From Folioceros fuciformis (Eukaryota), in contig JBNGIO010006249.1 of NCBI GenBank assembly GCA_049999805.1, positions 314,140 through 334,139 of the forward strand: a DNA stretch of 20,000 bases. The letters are read 5' to 3'. The position numbers and the translations under genes are program-made. The notes beneath the pieces are model-generated. The model was not told the origin of the DNA and ran no database searches. It saw nothing but the letters and a program-made list of their open reading frames with translations. Below are positions 9,960 to 19,730 of the stretch, piece after piece (positions within the stretch are counted from its first letter, which is position 1; each line of letters starts with the position of its first letter).

Positions 9960-11720
9960 CTACGGGTCTGGATAGTCACGGAGGCGCTTCCTCAGAATGA
10001 GGGGAACTCCATGCTCAGGCCGCAGAGCAAGAGTGTTGGGACAATGCTTGTATTTCGGGGAGAGATGGAAGATGTATCTCTGGAGGAACATGGCAAGCAC
10101 TACCTTTGCCTCCAGAACAGCATAAGCCTGCCCCACAGACACCAGCCGTCCAGACGAGAAGGGTAAGTATCCCAGAGGATGGAGGCCCTCGGGCAGGCCA
10201 TCTGCAAACCGCTCCGGCTTGAACTCCAGAGCATCGTCTCCCCAAATCCCGGGCTCCCGGTGCAGCTGCAGCACCAGGGTGAAGGTGGCCAGACCTTTGG
10301 GGACTTCCAGGCCGTTGAGGGTGGCCTGCTTTTGAATCTCCCTGGAGAGGACGGCGGAGGGAGGGTAGAGCCGCAACGACTCCTTCAACACCATGCCCAG
10401 AACCTTCATCTCGCTCAACTGGGCGGCCTCGGGGGCATCGTCTCCGCAGAGATCCAGGATCTCGGCCCGAGCTCGGTCTTGCCATTTCGTGTAGTGCCCC
10501 AACAGCATAAGAGTCCAGGACAGCATGATAGCGCTGGTCTCGTAGCCCGCGAAGAAGAAGTCCCTGCAATGGTCCACTATCTGCTCCACGTCCCAGTCCA
10601 GCTTCCTCCCTTTGGCGTTGCTCAGTATATGCCCCAGAAGATCATTGCCGTAGGACGGGAAGGCCTTCCCGCCTGCCCTGATAGAGCTCACCCGCTCGGT
10701 CACGATCTCACGCAGCGTGGATTCAATCCTTCGCCTGAGCTTCAGCATCCTCCGCTGCCTGCGAGAAGGGAAACATCCCGGAATCCAAACCCTCCTCTGC
10801 GAAAGCTCCGTCTGAATCTCCATCAGCTCCATCTGCTTCTTGAACACCTTCTTTCCCTGCTTCCTGTGGCTGCTGCTGAAGGCCGTGAGGGACAGGGCCT
10901 TGGTGGTGAGCTTGCTCACCTTCTTGCAGATGTCAATCTCGAAAGTGTGATCCTCAGAGTGCCTCAGCTCCTTATCCCAGTCCTGAAACAGCTCCCCCTT
11001 AACACCCTTTACCATGGTTTTCACAATGGCATCCACCCTGTCGGAGTTGAGGGCGTCCGTCACCACCCCGGCCCTGTCAGTCCAGGACTTCCAGCTCTCC
11101 CCTTCGGCCAGCACCAGCCCCGCCTCCCCCAAGGTCATCTTCACATACACTCTCTGCAGCCAGCTGTTGTGGAGCTGCCCGGGCTTGGTCTTGAAGATGG
11201 CATCCAGCAGGACCGGATCACTGGTGACCAAGGTGGGCTGCGGGCCGACGAATACGAGGAAGGGCTTACCGTAGAGCTTGGCCCATTCCCGGTAGTACGG
11301 AAACACCCGAGGCACAATGTCGTGGCTTATCTCTGCCATGGGCTTCTCCTGGGCCTTCCTCGCCATGCCGCTCATCTCCCCGAGATTCCCAACTAGGAAA
11401 CGGAACGGAGGACCCAGCACTCCCTTCCTCTCCAGCTCCGCCTTGAGGACTAGCAAGTCCCACCAGTAGAGCTTCAGGAATCTGCCCACGGCCAGCAACA
11501 TCACCAGGAACACCGCGACCATCGCCCACAAAGTCACATTCCATTCCTGAGCTTCCCCGGCGGGTCCGTCCAGAGCCAGCGGAGGAGGCTCCACGGCAGG
11601 AGGCCTCACCGGGCAGGTGCTGACATTGGAGAGCTGGGGATGGGCCGGGAACTTGGCCACCTGAGGGCAGTACGTGCAGACGCAGAGCACGCAGAAGAAC
11701 TGCACCTGGGTCTCATCCAT
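9960..11720 (-). CDS. CYP72-clan cytochrome P450-like protein, intronless, 586 aa, non-canonical (axial Cys replaced by Ser)
   Basis: TM anchor followed by GPPFRFLVGNL and HDIVPRVFPYY..WAKLYGK (CYP72-clan style). I-helix FFFAGYETS, K-helix ESLRLYPP and FKPERF are present. The heme loop reads YLPFSSGRLVSVGQAYA. The ATG has good context (GCAACATGG); an alternative start is M67 at 11522. Confidence 0.9.
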   Translation of the reverse strand: MDETQVQFFCVLCVCTYCPQVAKFPAHPQLSNVSTCPVRPPAVEPPPLALDGPAGEAQEWNVTLWAMVAVFLVMLLAVGRFLKLYWWDLLVLKAELERKGVLGPPFRFLVGNLGEMSGMARKAQEKPMAEISHDIVPRVFPYYREWAKLYGKPFLVFVGPQPTLVTSDPVLLDAIFKTKPGQLHNSWLQRVYVKMTLGEAGLVLAEGESWKSWTDRAGVVTDALNSDRVDAIVKTMVKGVKGELFQDWDKELRHSEDHTFEIDICKKVSKLTTKALSLTAFSSSHRKQGKKVFKKQMELMEIQTELSQRRVWIPGCFPSRRQRRMLKLRRRIESTLREIVTERVSSIRAGGKAFPSYGNDLLGHILSNAKGRKLDWDVEQIVDHCRDFFFAGYETSAIMLSWTLMLLGHYTKWQDRARAEILDLCGDDAPEAAQLSEMKVLGMVLKESLRLYPPSAVLSREIQKQATLNGLEVPKGLATFTLVLQLHREPGIWGDDALEFKPERFADGLPEGLHPLGYLPFSSGRLVSVGQAYAVLEAKVVLAMFLQRYIFHLSPKYKHCPNTLALRPEHGVPLILRKRLRDYPDP

Positions 11721-12057
11721 GTTGCAAGCCGGAGTTCAGAGCCTCCCGAACTGAGCTCCTTCGTATTATCCTACAGCAGCCTGCGATCCAGCAGCCACAG
11801 CCCCACCCCCTGCCATGGCCTCCCGGCATGTAAGTGCTCCATGCTAACGAGCCGGGAGCAAAGAATAACAACCCTGGAACTCTGTTGCCAGCTCGCGAAA
11901 TGCTTGCAACAATGCTACCCAGATGCGCTGGATGCACCACGCGTCCAGGTCGCCTAACATCCTGTCCAGACCACATATACGACAGAGAAAACACGGTTTT
12001 ACCGAGCGCCGAGTTCTCTCTTCCTACGTGAAGCCAGGTGTGCTGGGTCGGAATCCG

Positions 12058-14553
12058 ATGCAAGCGGCGGCCATGCTGGGCTTGTTGTGCCCGCCTCGCC
12101 CTTGGCTTCGGCATGCTGGTGTGCAGGCACTCGTCTTTTGTGGATCTGACAAGGAGCTGAAGTGTTCGGTTTGGCGGAGACCCGGTGACGATGTTGCTAG
12201 GCCATGGGAATCCGCGGGCTCGGGGAGAGTGGTATTCGTTGGGCTGTGGAATAGGAGAGTCTTCTACCCTCTGTTTTCCCAGAATGCTGAGCAAGGGAGG
12301 GGCGACATGGGAGTGGACGATGCAGGTGATTCTGCCGGGGCCGCATCTCATGAATGCAATGGGTATGATGCCATGGTCGAAGCTAGTGCCGCTGTTGCAG
12401 AATTCATGGTGCAGGGCGGGCTGTCCGAAGAGGATGCTCTCTCAGTGTCTGCCAAAGCGCCTGTCTATGCTCGAAGGCTGATTGATGCCGACAAGGAGTT
12501 GAGCGAGCTGGGCATCTTGAGTTCAGGTGCAGTTGCCACGACTAGTTACTATGATAGCGATCCCGCAGTGTACAGATTTCGGTTGCTTCAGATTGCTTTC
12601 AGGAGCTCTGGAAGGCAGCTAGCCCCTTTCCTAGAGAGTGTCGGTGTTCGCCTTTCTCAGATCCCGAGGATAGCGCACCTCCTGTCTGGAAGGAATTTGG
12701 CAGACCTGTTGGAGAAGGTGGTGTCGTGTTCTACTTGTCTAGTTGGTTGCTGCTTGTGGCATCCGCAACGTTGGGACATGGTTGGGTTTCTGGGTTCCTG
12801 AACTGATCGTCTTCTCTTGTTTCAGGTGAGGTTTTTAGAGGCGTTGCTGCCGCCAGCAGACGGTAGGAAAGTGGGTCTGGAAGATCAAATTCGAGTTATG
12901 ATGAAGAGATTATCTCTCTATGTCGATGACGATCTTCAGAGGACGCTTTCTCTGTTTGAAAAGGTTCAAGTTCCGCTCGTGATCGCTCTGCTGTTTGAAA
13001 CACTGATGTCTGCTACCCTTTGAGGCGTCTAACTAGTTTGTGTCTTGTTTTGCCACTGGTAGATGGAAGCTCAGCCTCAGGGAGTCGCTTGTTTCAATGC
13101 CAAAAGCAAGGCTATGGCCCTTCTTGTTGAAAGCTTTCCTCAAATTCTGGTCCGGAGTCTGGAGTTGCAGCTGAAACCTGTGCTCTCCTACTTGGAGGAA
13201 GTAGGTGTGCCAAGACAGAGCTTTGGACGTGTCATCTTGTGCTTCCCTCCGTTCCTGCAATACGATGTCGAGGAGGAGCTAAAGCCACGCATGAAGAAGC
13301 TAAGAGCAGTAAGTCGCAAGCCAGCATATTCACACACCTTGGGAAATAGTGTCGAGTGTCAGCCTTGATGTTTTCCTCTTGGTGCTCCAGGTAGGTGTGC
13401 GTGCAAGGGATCTAGGGCACATGATTGTAAAATATCCTTGGCTTCTGAGCAGGTGTGTGGAGGACAATGTTCCCACGACTGTAGAGTTTCTGGACGCCGT
13501 GAAGGTATGCCAACCTCGCTTTTCCGATGCACAAGATGCTGCTTGGTAGGGTTCGTCTGCTTCCATTCTGACTTCAGGCCTTTGATCCAGGTACCTAAAA
13601 GCAAGCTGCACCGTGCAATCACAAAGTATCCTCTGCTCTTAGGCGGCTCACCAACACGAACTTTCCAGCCGATGATTGATGCTATGAATCAGGTCGGTGC
13701 CAAGAGCAGGAGACTTGGAGGAGCAATTGGCAGTTCGCCAAACCTCCTCCTGAGGGGCCCTCGGGAGTTCCAGCAGGCAAGCCTTTGTTTTCTTGTTTGG
13801 GCTGCTCGTTGTTATGCTAGCGGATCCGCCGCGCCTGGACTGTGTCCTGGCACAAGTCTTTCTGTGTTAGACCATGGCTCCGTCATCACTGGCCTACCTG
13901 GACTTCTGCGGAGCAGGTTGTACAATTCTTGCGAGACATTGGTGTGGAGAGTGACGACGATGTGAAGAAAATTCTCCTTCGTACACCAGAGGTCTTCTCT
14001 TCGAATATTGAGAAGACGCTGCAGCGCAATTTGAACTATCTGGTGGAGCTTGGAGTTCCACGAGAGCAACTTGGGAGGGTAGTGAGGTGGTACCCCCAAG
14101 TACTGTCAATGAGTGTCACTACGTCAATCAAACCACGGTATGTGCCTGTAGCCTGGACTGAACCATGTACAAAGATCTTCATAGTCCGAGAAATGAGAGC
14201 GCGCCTGACGTCTCATTGCTTACAGAATGGACTACCTTCAGGAAAGGGGGTTATGCCAGGAAGATGTGGCTGAAATGGTGTACCGGTTTCCACCACTTGT
14301 TGGATACTCCATCGCGGCTGTTCTGAAACCCAAGTTAGACTTCCTGGTGGACTCCATGGGCAAACCTGTAGAAGACGTATTTTTCTACCCCAGGTTTTTC
14401 AGCTTCTCTCTCGAGAAAAGAATCAAACCGAGAGCTATGGTGCTTGCGAGGCGCAAGTTGGACTTCGACCTGCAAATAGTCCTGTCCAAGTCAGACCAAG
14501 AGTTTGCTGCGGAATATCTGGGGGTGGGGAGAATGCTGGTACCAACTGTATGA
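12058..14553 (+). CDS. mTERF-family (mitochondrial transcription termination factor-like) organellar protein, about 630 aa. Exons 12058-12717, 12826-12963, 13063-13308, 13391-13504, 13591-13776, 13917-14137, 14226-14553
   Basis: Repeated mTERF motifs (ESFPQILVRS..LKPVLSYLEEVGV, KYPWLLS, RTPEVFSSNIEKTL, RFPPLVGYSI..VLKPKLDFL) and the C-terminal YPRFFSFSLEKRIKPR. The hand-derived exons sum to 1893 nt in frame. The start codon is uncertain (in-frame ATG also at 11923). The N-terminus resembles a transit peptide. Confidence 0.88.
13777..13916 (+). other. GC-AG intron (fifth intron of the mTERF gene)
   Basis: Donor CAG|GCAAGC matches the GC-type consensus and the acceptor is GAGCAG|GTT. The join restores ...PREFQQ|VVQFLRDIG in frame. 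Confidence 0.75.
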
Positions 14554-14787
14554 TCGAGTGGCTAAGACGACAGCTTCTGTCTCAGACCCGGCAGGCAGGT
14601 CGATATTCAGGCGCACTGGGGTGCAAATTGCGAGACCCTCCTGAGGCGAAGGAAACAGAATGCGACAGACTCCCGCACTTTGCAAGGATATTTTATCTGT
14701 TCTGTCCTCCCTTGTATACTGGCCCATCTCTGCCACAGTGCCAAGCTCCTCATACTGATCTCCAGGAGATCCCACTCAGCGGCAAGT

Positions 14788-15927
14788 ATGAGTAAACATT
14801 TCCTTCTACTCTATGGACTGGGCCACGGCGCATGGACATGGTTCAAGATAGTAGCTTTGCTGCAAAAGGACGGCCACAGGGCCACTGCCATCGACAACCC
14901 AGCGCAGGGCAAGGATGTCACCGACCCTGAATCGATCACCACTCTGGCTCAACTGTCCAGCAACGCTATCAGGTTCCTGGAATCTCTGCCGGAGTCGGAG
15001 AGGGTGATGGCATCCATCCGCCTCATGCTTCACCAGTCATGGACTTCACCTAAGCTTGACCTCAACTCATCTTTCTCCCCCTTTCTCACCCGCCACAGGT
15101 CATCTTGGTTGCTCACTGCTACGGCGGATTGGTAGCAAATTACATCCTCGAGCATCTTCCGCACAAGGTTTCCGCCGCCGTCTACGTTTCCGGATACATG
15201 TTCCCAAGTCAAGACATGAAATCGGTTGCCAAGGTAGATAACCTAAGCGGAGGGAGCCTCCTTGACCCCTTGAACTAGCCTGCCTGGGCCTCATCCAACT
15301 TACTCCTTGCTCCTGTGGCATCACAGTTCTTAGACGTAGATGCTGTTGAATCTGGAGCTCTGGATCTCACTTACGCAAAGGACGCGACAAACTTCGAACC
15401 ACTCTCCATTTCGCTAATCCCGAGGGCTGGCTGGCTCTACCAACTGAGTCCTCCAGAGGTGAACTTGTTTTGCGCCTGCCAAATGCTTCTGGTACCAGTT
15501 CATGCTCTCTCTCACACCTTGGAATGCTTCGCAGACTGTGGCTCTGCCCACAAGCCTCCTCAAGCCTGGCGCGTGTTTACCTGTCGAAGAAGTTGCTATC
15601 AAGCTCTCGCCAGAGCGATACGGATCCGTGCCACGCGTGTTCATCCGCCTCGTCCAGGACCGTGCCGTGGTACCCCAGGTAGCGGATGCCCTAATCTCGT
15701 CTAATCCTCCCTCTGAGGTCCTGAGCATTGATACCGATCACAGTCCCTTCTTCTCCGCACCAATCGAGCTACACCAGCATCTCATCCACTTCGCGCAAGC
15801 CTACACCTATCTCTGCCCCGCGGTGAGCGTAGAGCTCTCACCATTCCTAGCAGTGTGGCATCGTCCGCGTGAGACTCTGTTCCTATCTGGCAAGCTCTTC
15901 GTCCTGTCTACCGGCGTGTCAAGCTGA
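14788..15927 (+). CDS. SABP2/MES-family methylesterase-like alpha/beta hydrolase with Cys at the nucleophile position, about 291 aa. Exons 14788-15003, 15099-15233, 15327-15458, 15535-15927 (3' end uncertain)
   Basis: Spliced protein: MSKHFLLLYGLGHGAWTWFKIVALLQKDGHRATAID...ESER|VILVAHCYGGLV...KVSAAVYVSGYM...|...LYQLSPPE|...RYGSVPRVFIRLVQDRAV...NPPSEVLSIDTDHSPFFSAP. All introns are GT-AG, phase 0. The triad Asp (QDRA) and His (DHSPFFS) are present. Confidence 0.88.
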
Positions 15928-16787
15928 AGACGGAGACGGGAATCACTACATTCTTCGGCTCTGTCTTACGGTTTATTGCGAAACTCTCCGGCATGCCCAC
16001 TACCAACATTTTCAAGCCAACGTATCATCAGGACCTCTCCCAGCACTCTTCCAAAGCCACGTGCTAATCACAAGTGGAAATCACGCAGCTTGCACGTAGC
16101 CAGGCTTGTGTCTCCCGCGATTCGACTCCATAGCAAATTCCTTGTCGAGCAATGTATTGTTATTGCTCTGTGTAATGCAAATGGTGTTGCACTTTTTGTT
16201 ATCAAGTTATATTTTTTACAAGCTTCTGCGAAGTATCGGTCAATGAATGCAACTTGAATTGGAAGGTAAGTAGTACGAAACAAATGTAGCTACATATTAA
16301 ATGATGAATTAGTTTAATTGTAACACTTCAGTTGTAGGAGGTCAGTCGACATCTTGAATACAAGCTTGTCCGGGACGTCGAGTCTTCTGTGGAGTACTTG
16401 TCCTTAGAGCGTGTGAAGTTCTCGTTTCGCACTGACGACAAGGACGAGAAGGTCCGTGTTCCTGCCTTCAGGGACTGGAAGAAGAAAACTGTTTCAGAAA
16501 CTATTAGAAGTGCTGGAAGCAGTTCCACTGCACAGTAACCCGGTTGATTGATTAGCGTCCGAGCATCGGAGAATCTTTCGCTGGAATCATGGTGTAGCTT
16601 GCACATTGTGTTAGATCAGTGGATGGTTGCTTGGCACACAGCTGGGTTGTTTTCGATCGATGAATGCTAGGTTGGCACATGCTGGGGTGTTTTGAAGCAG
16701 TGAATGCTAGCAGGGCACATAGCTGGATTGTTGTCAATCAGTGGACGCTATCTTGTCACGCTGGTGGGTGTAACACACTAGTGTGCA

Positions 16788-19517
16788 TCACCCAGTCACG
16801 ACTGTTTCTGCCTGCTCTGCAACTTCCAGTTGCTCATCATCTGCAGGAATAGGACAGGAAGGGTGTTCTTCCGCGGAACCCAGAGACAGTCTCTCCAGCA
16901 TTTGGCCAGCTTCTGCCTTGGATACAAGAAGGTTCACTGTATGCCTTCCTCTCCAACAACCAACGGAGGCACGGCTGCATTCAGCTGCACCCGGCCTGGA
17001 TGTGCCCACCAGCTCTTCAGAGGGCTCAACCAGTGTGATGACACAGCATCCAATGGGAAGGTCTTGCAGAGAGGCAATGAATAACGAGTCTTCGAAGGCA
17101 TGGAAAGGGATTCCCTTACCCAGTAACAAGGTTCCAAAATCCTTCCTCGACCTGCACTGAACGATCTGCTTGCCCATATGCGGCAGCAATGTGGGCAAAC
17201 CTTCTGATACTATTCTGAAGGGGCAAGGTGATATTCCTGCTGCTGTCGACTGCTGCCGTTCGAATACTTGAAGCCCAGCAGAGGTGATCTTCATTGGCTG
17301 CCCTAATGCGTGATTCGCTTCAATGGTTTTCCTGACCGAATCTCCCACGTAGTAGATCCTTTTTAGTCGAGACCTGTCTTCACTTCGAGTGATGAGGTTC
17401 CTCCGCAGCGGAAATGAATCTTTGATACCGTAATAGTCTTCCAAAGTTTTTATGACTTCCTCATCTTGTAGCGGGAGAACAGGATCCACACCACGCCACC
17501 TTCCCTGTTGTTGAAGCCTGCCCTTCGGTTTCTCTTCTAGGCTGGCTTCAGTGTTCCCCTCTGATTGCACAGCGACTACATCATTGACCGCAGCACAACC
17601 CTCCAGGAGATCCGGAGATTTACTAAGTGCCCCATTTTCTTCGGAGGCATCCACACCTTGGAGCTCCTCGACTGAAGAAAGGAGTTCTGTTGCAGGCCTC
17701 TCGCCCTCAGTCCCACCTTCGCCATCGGCTGTCATTGCTGACTGACTCAGATTGCTGCCAGCCTCATCTTGAGCTGAGATACGAAACATGGTCAGGAAAA
17801 GAGACTGGGTGAGGGTAAACCAAAAAGAAAAAAAAATGAAGCGGCTCGAGGGTCAAGTTTGCACACCAGTTTCATCAGCTTCAACCCTGGGAACAAGCCC
17901 ATTATCCTCCTTTGGGTTGCCTATCCGCTTTCTTGAATTGAACTGTTCAGAACTCTTCTGTGCATTGGGCTGCCAGGGAGAAACCTTTCTCAACACTGCA
18001 ATAAAGAACCCACCGGTGTCCTGATCGTGAGGAAGTATTCTCATGCATCTTTCCAGGGGCAAATCCGACACCTCACTTTCAAGCTCTTCTTCTTCCCTCT
18101 CCCCAACACTTCTCCGTTCCTCATCCCCTGACCTCTTGACGGGGCCTGCTTGAAGAGCATCTTCACTGTTTGCCTCTGTTTCTAGACTGTCAACATCATG
18201 AGATTCATTGCCGGTATCAACAGCAGCCCCACTGCCATTATCGGCCTCAGTCCTAGGTGTCCTTCCTACAAAATTGTCAGCAGCATCTCTAACAAATCCT
18301 TGTCCAGAAGGAAACATAGTCACAACAACGTTCCCTGCTCGGTGCATGTTGACCTGGGAAGCAGAACTGAGCCACAGTCCATGATCTCTAACTCTCCAGG
18401 TCTTCATTCCAGGTCTCCTCTTCAGCTCCGGGAGGGCATGAGACATGTCCAAGAGCTCCATGCTGCCTCCACTCTCCCTCAATATGGCGCTCACAACAGC
18501 CTCATCCTCGATGGGGTTCAGGGAACATGTCGAGTACACCAGAACCCCACCAACTTTGAGCAATGCAACTCCTCGCATAGCAATCTGAATCTGGAGCCGG
18601 TGCAACCCGTTCGCCACTCCTGAATTCCACTTCTTCCAAATGTCAGGTGCCTTCCTCACTGTCCCATCTCCACTACAAGGTACATCGCACAGAATGCGAT
18701 CGAACAGAAGCCCGGCATCCGCGTCCTTCAATCCGGGAAACCGCTGAGCCTCATGATTGGTGACCAGGATGTTGGGGCTGCACATCCGCTTGGTCTGATG
18801 GACCAGCAGGTGACAGCGCTGCACATCAGAGTCATTCGCGATGACCATGCCCTGAGGAATCTCCCCCGGCCCGACAGTGCTGTGCACCATCTCCAGCAGC
18901 TGGAAAGTCTTGGACCCCGGAGCAGCGCACATGTCCAGCACCCGGTGATGGGGCTGCACATCCAGCAGTAGGGGAGGCACCATGCTCACAGCCTCCTGCC
19001 GCGTGATGCTCCCAATCTCGTTTTCGCGCTTCAGGAACTCGTGAATCTTCTCCAGAATCGGCACTCTCCGCAGCTGGGTGCGGGAGTATCCAAGCTGCCA
19101 TGCCAAGTCGTGAGGATACCATGCCAGAGGGCGGATCGGGTGCACCACTCCGCCTCCCCCCTCCTCGTCCCCGGCATCCACCCCGTCTTTCAGACGCTCG
19201 TAGAAATCCCTCTGCAGCTGCGTCCTGATGTCGCTAGCGAATTGCCCGATCGCGTTGATCCTGAATGTTGTGGGGAGCGGTTTCCGTAGAGTGGCCATGA
19301 ATTCGTCCCACTCCTCGTCTTCCACGATCCTTTGCTTCTTATAGTAGAGATCGAAAGCCGAGCTCTCCAGCACAAACGGTTCCCATCCCTTGGCGGCTGC
19401 ATCGCCGTTGTTCTCGACCTTGGACTTCTTCCACTCGTTTGCCCGGCCGTCCTTGAAATCCCGTCTCTGTGTCCGCCCCCGCTTGTTCCCCCTTCCCCTG
19501 CCTCGCCCTCCTCCCAT
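16788..19517 (-). CDS. TRM4: tRNA/RNA (cytosine-C5)-methyltransferase, TRM4/NSUN2 family, about 878 aa. Exons 17867-19517 and 16788-17773
   Basis: Motifs RQEAVSMVPP, VLDMCAAPGSKT (I), IAND, FDRILCDVPCSGDG (IV), VYSTCS (VI) and PHDQDTGGFFIAVL, plus C-terminal KITSAGLQVFER and FRIVSEGL. First ATG is at 19517. A 93-nt phase-1 GT..AG intron (17774-17866) with a CTGAC branch joins the two ORFs in frame. Confidence 0.93.
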
Positions 19518-19730
19518 CACGGACACACTTCCCAGACGTCAAGATTCCTCCTGAAGCCAGCAAAACTCGAGGACGCCCAGCAGAAACCCAACACTGTCCA
19601 ACTAGAAACAGCAGAAATTTTGCGAAATCCAGCAAAACCCAAGAGAACGTTCCCGCACAGTTCAACAGAGCGTTCCCTCACGTCCCGCCATGCCCACAAT
19701 CTGGCAGCCTCAGTCTGAACCACGCGTACA

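Noticed and set aside
10137-10139. RNA editing as a way to restore Cys in the P450 (or Ser in the esterase)
   Set aside because: It would need C-to-G or U-to-A changes in nuclear mRNAs. Plant editing is C-to-U or U-to-C and organellar.
10015-10569. Alternative-frame Cys (WTAGVCG) overlapping the P450 heme loop, suggesting a frameshift could restore the ligand
   Set aside because: The main frame keeps canonical length and alignment on both sides (YLPF...VGQAYAVLEAK). Restoring Cys would need two compensating indels and still would not give FxxGxRxCxG.
10179-11396. 405-aa ORF antisense to the P450
   Set aside because: It is a codon-register shadow of a GC3-rich coding sequence, with no recognisable domain.
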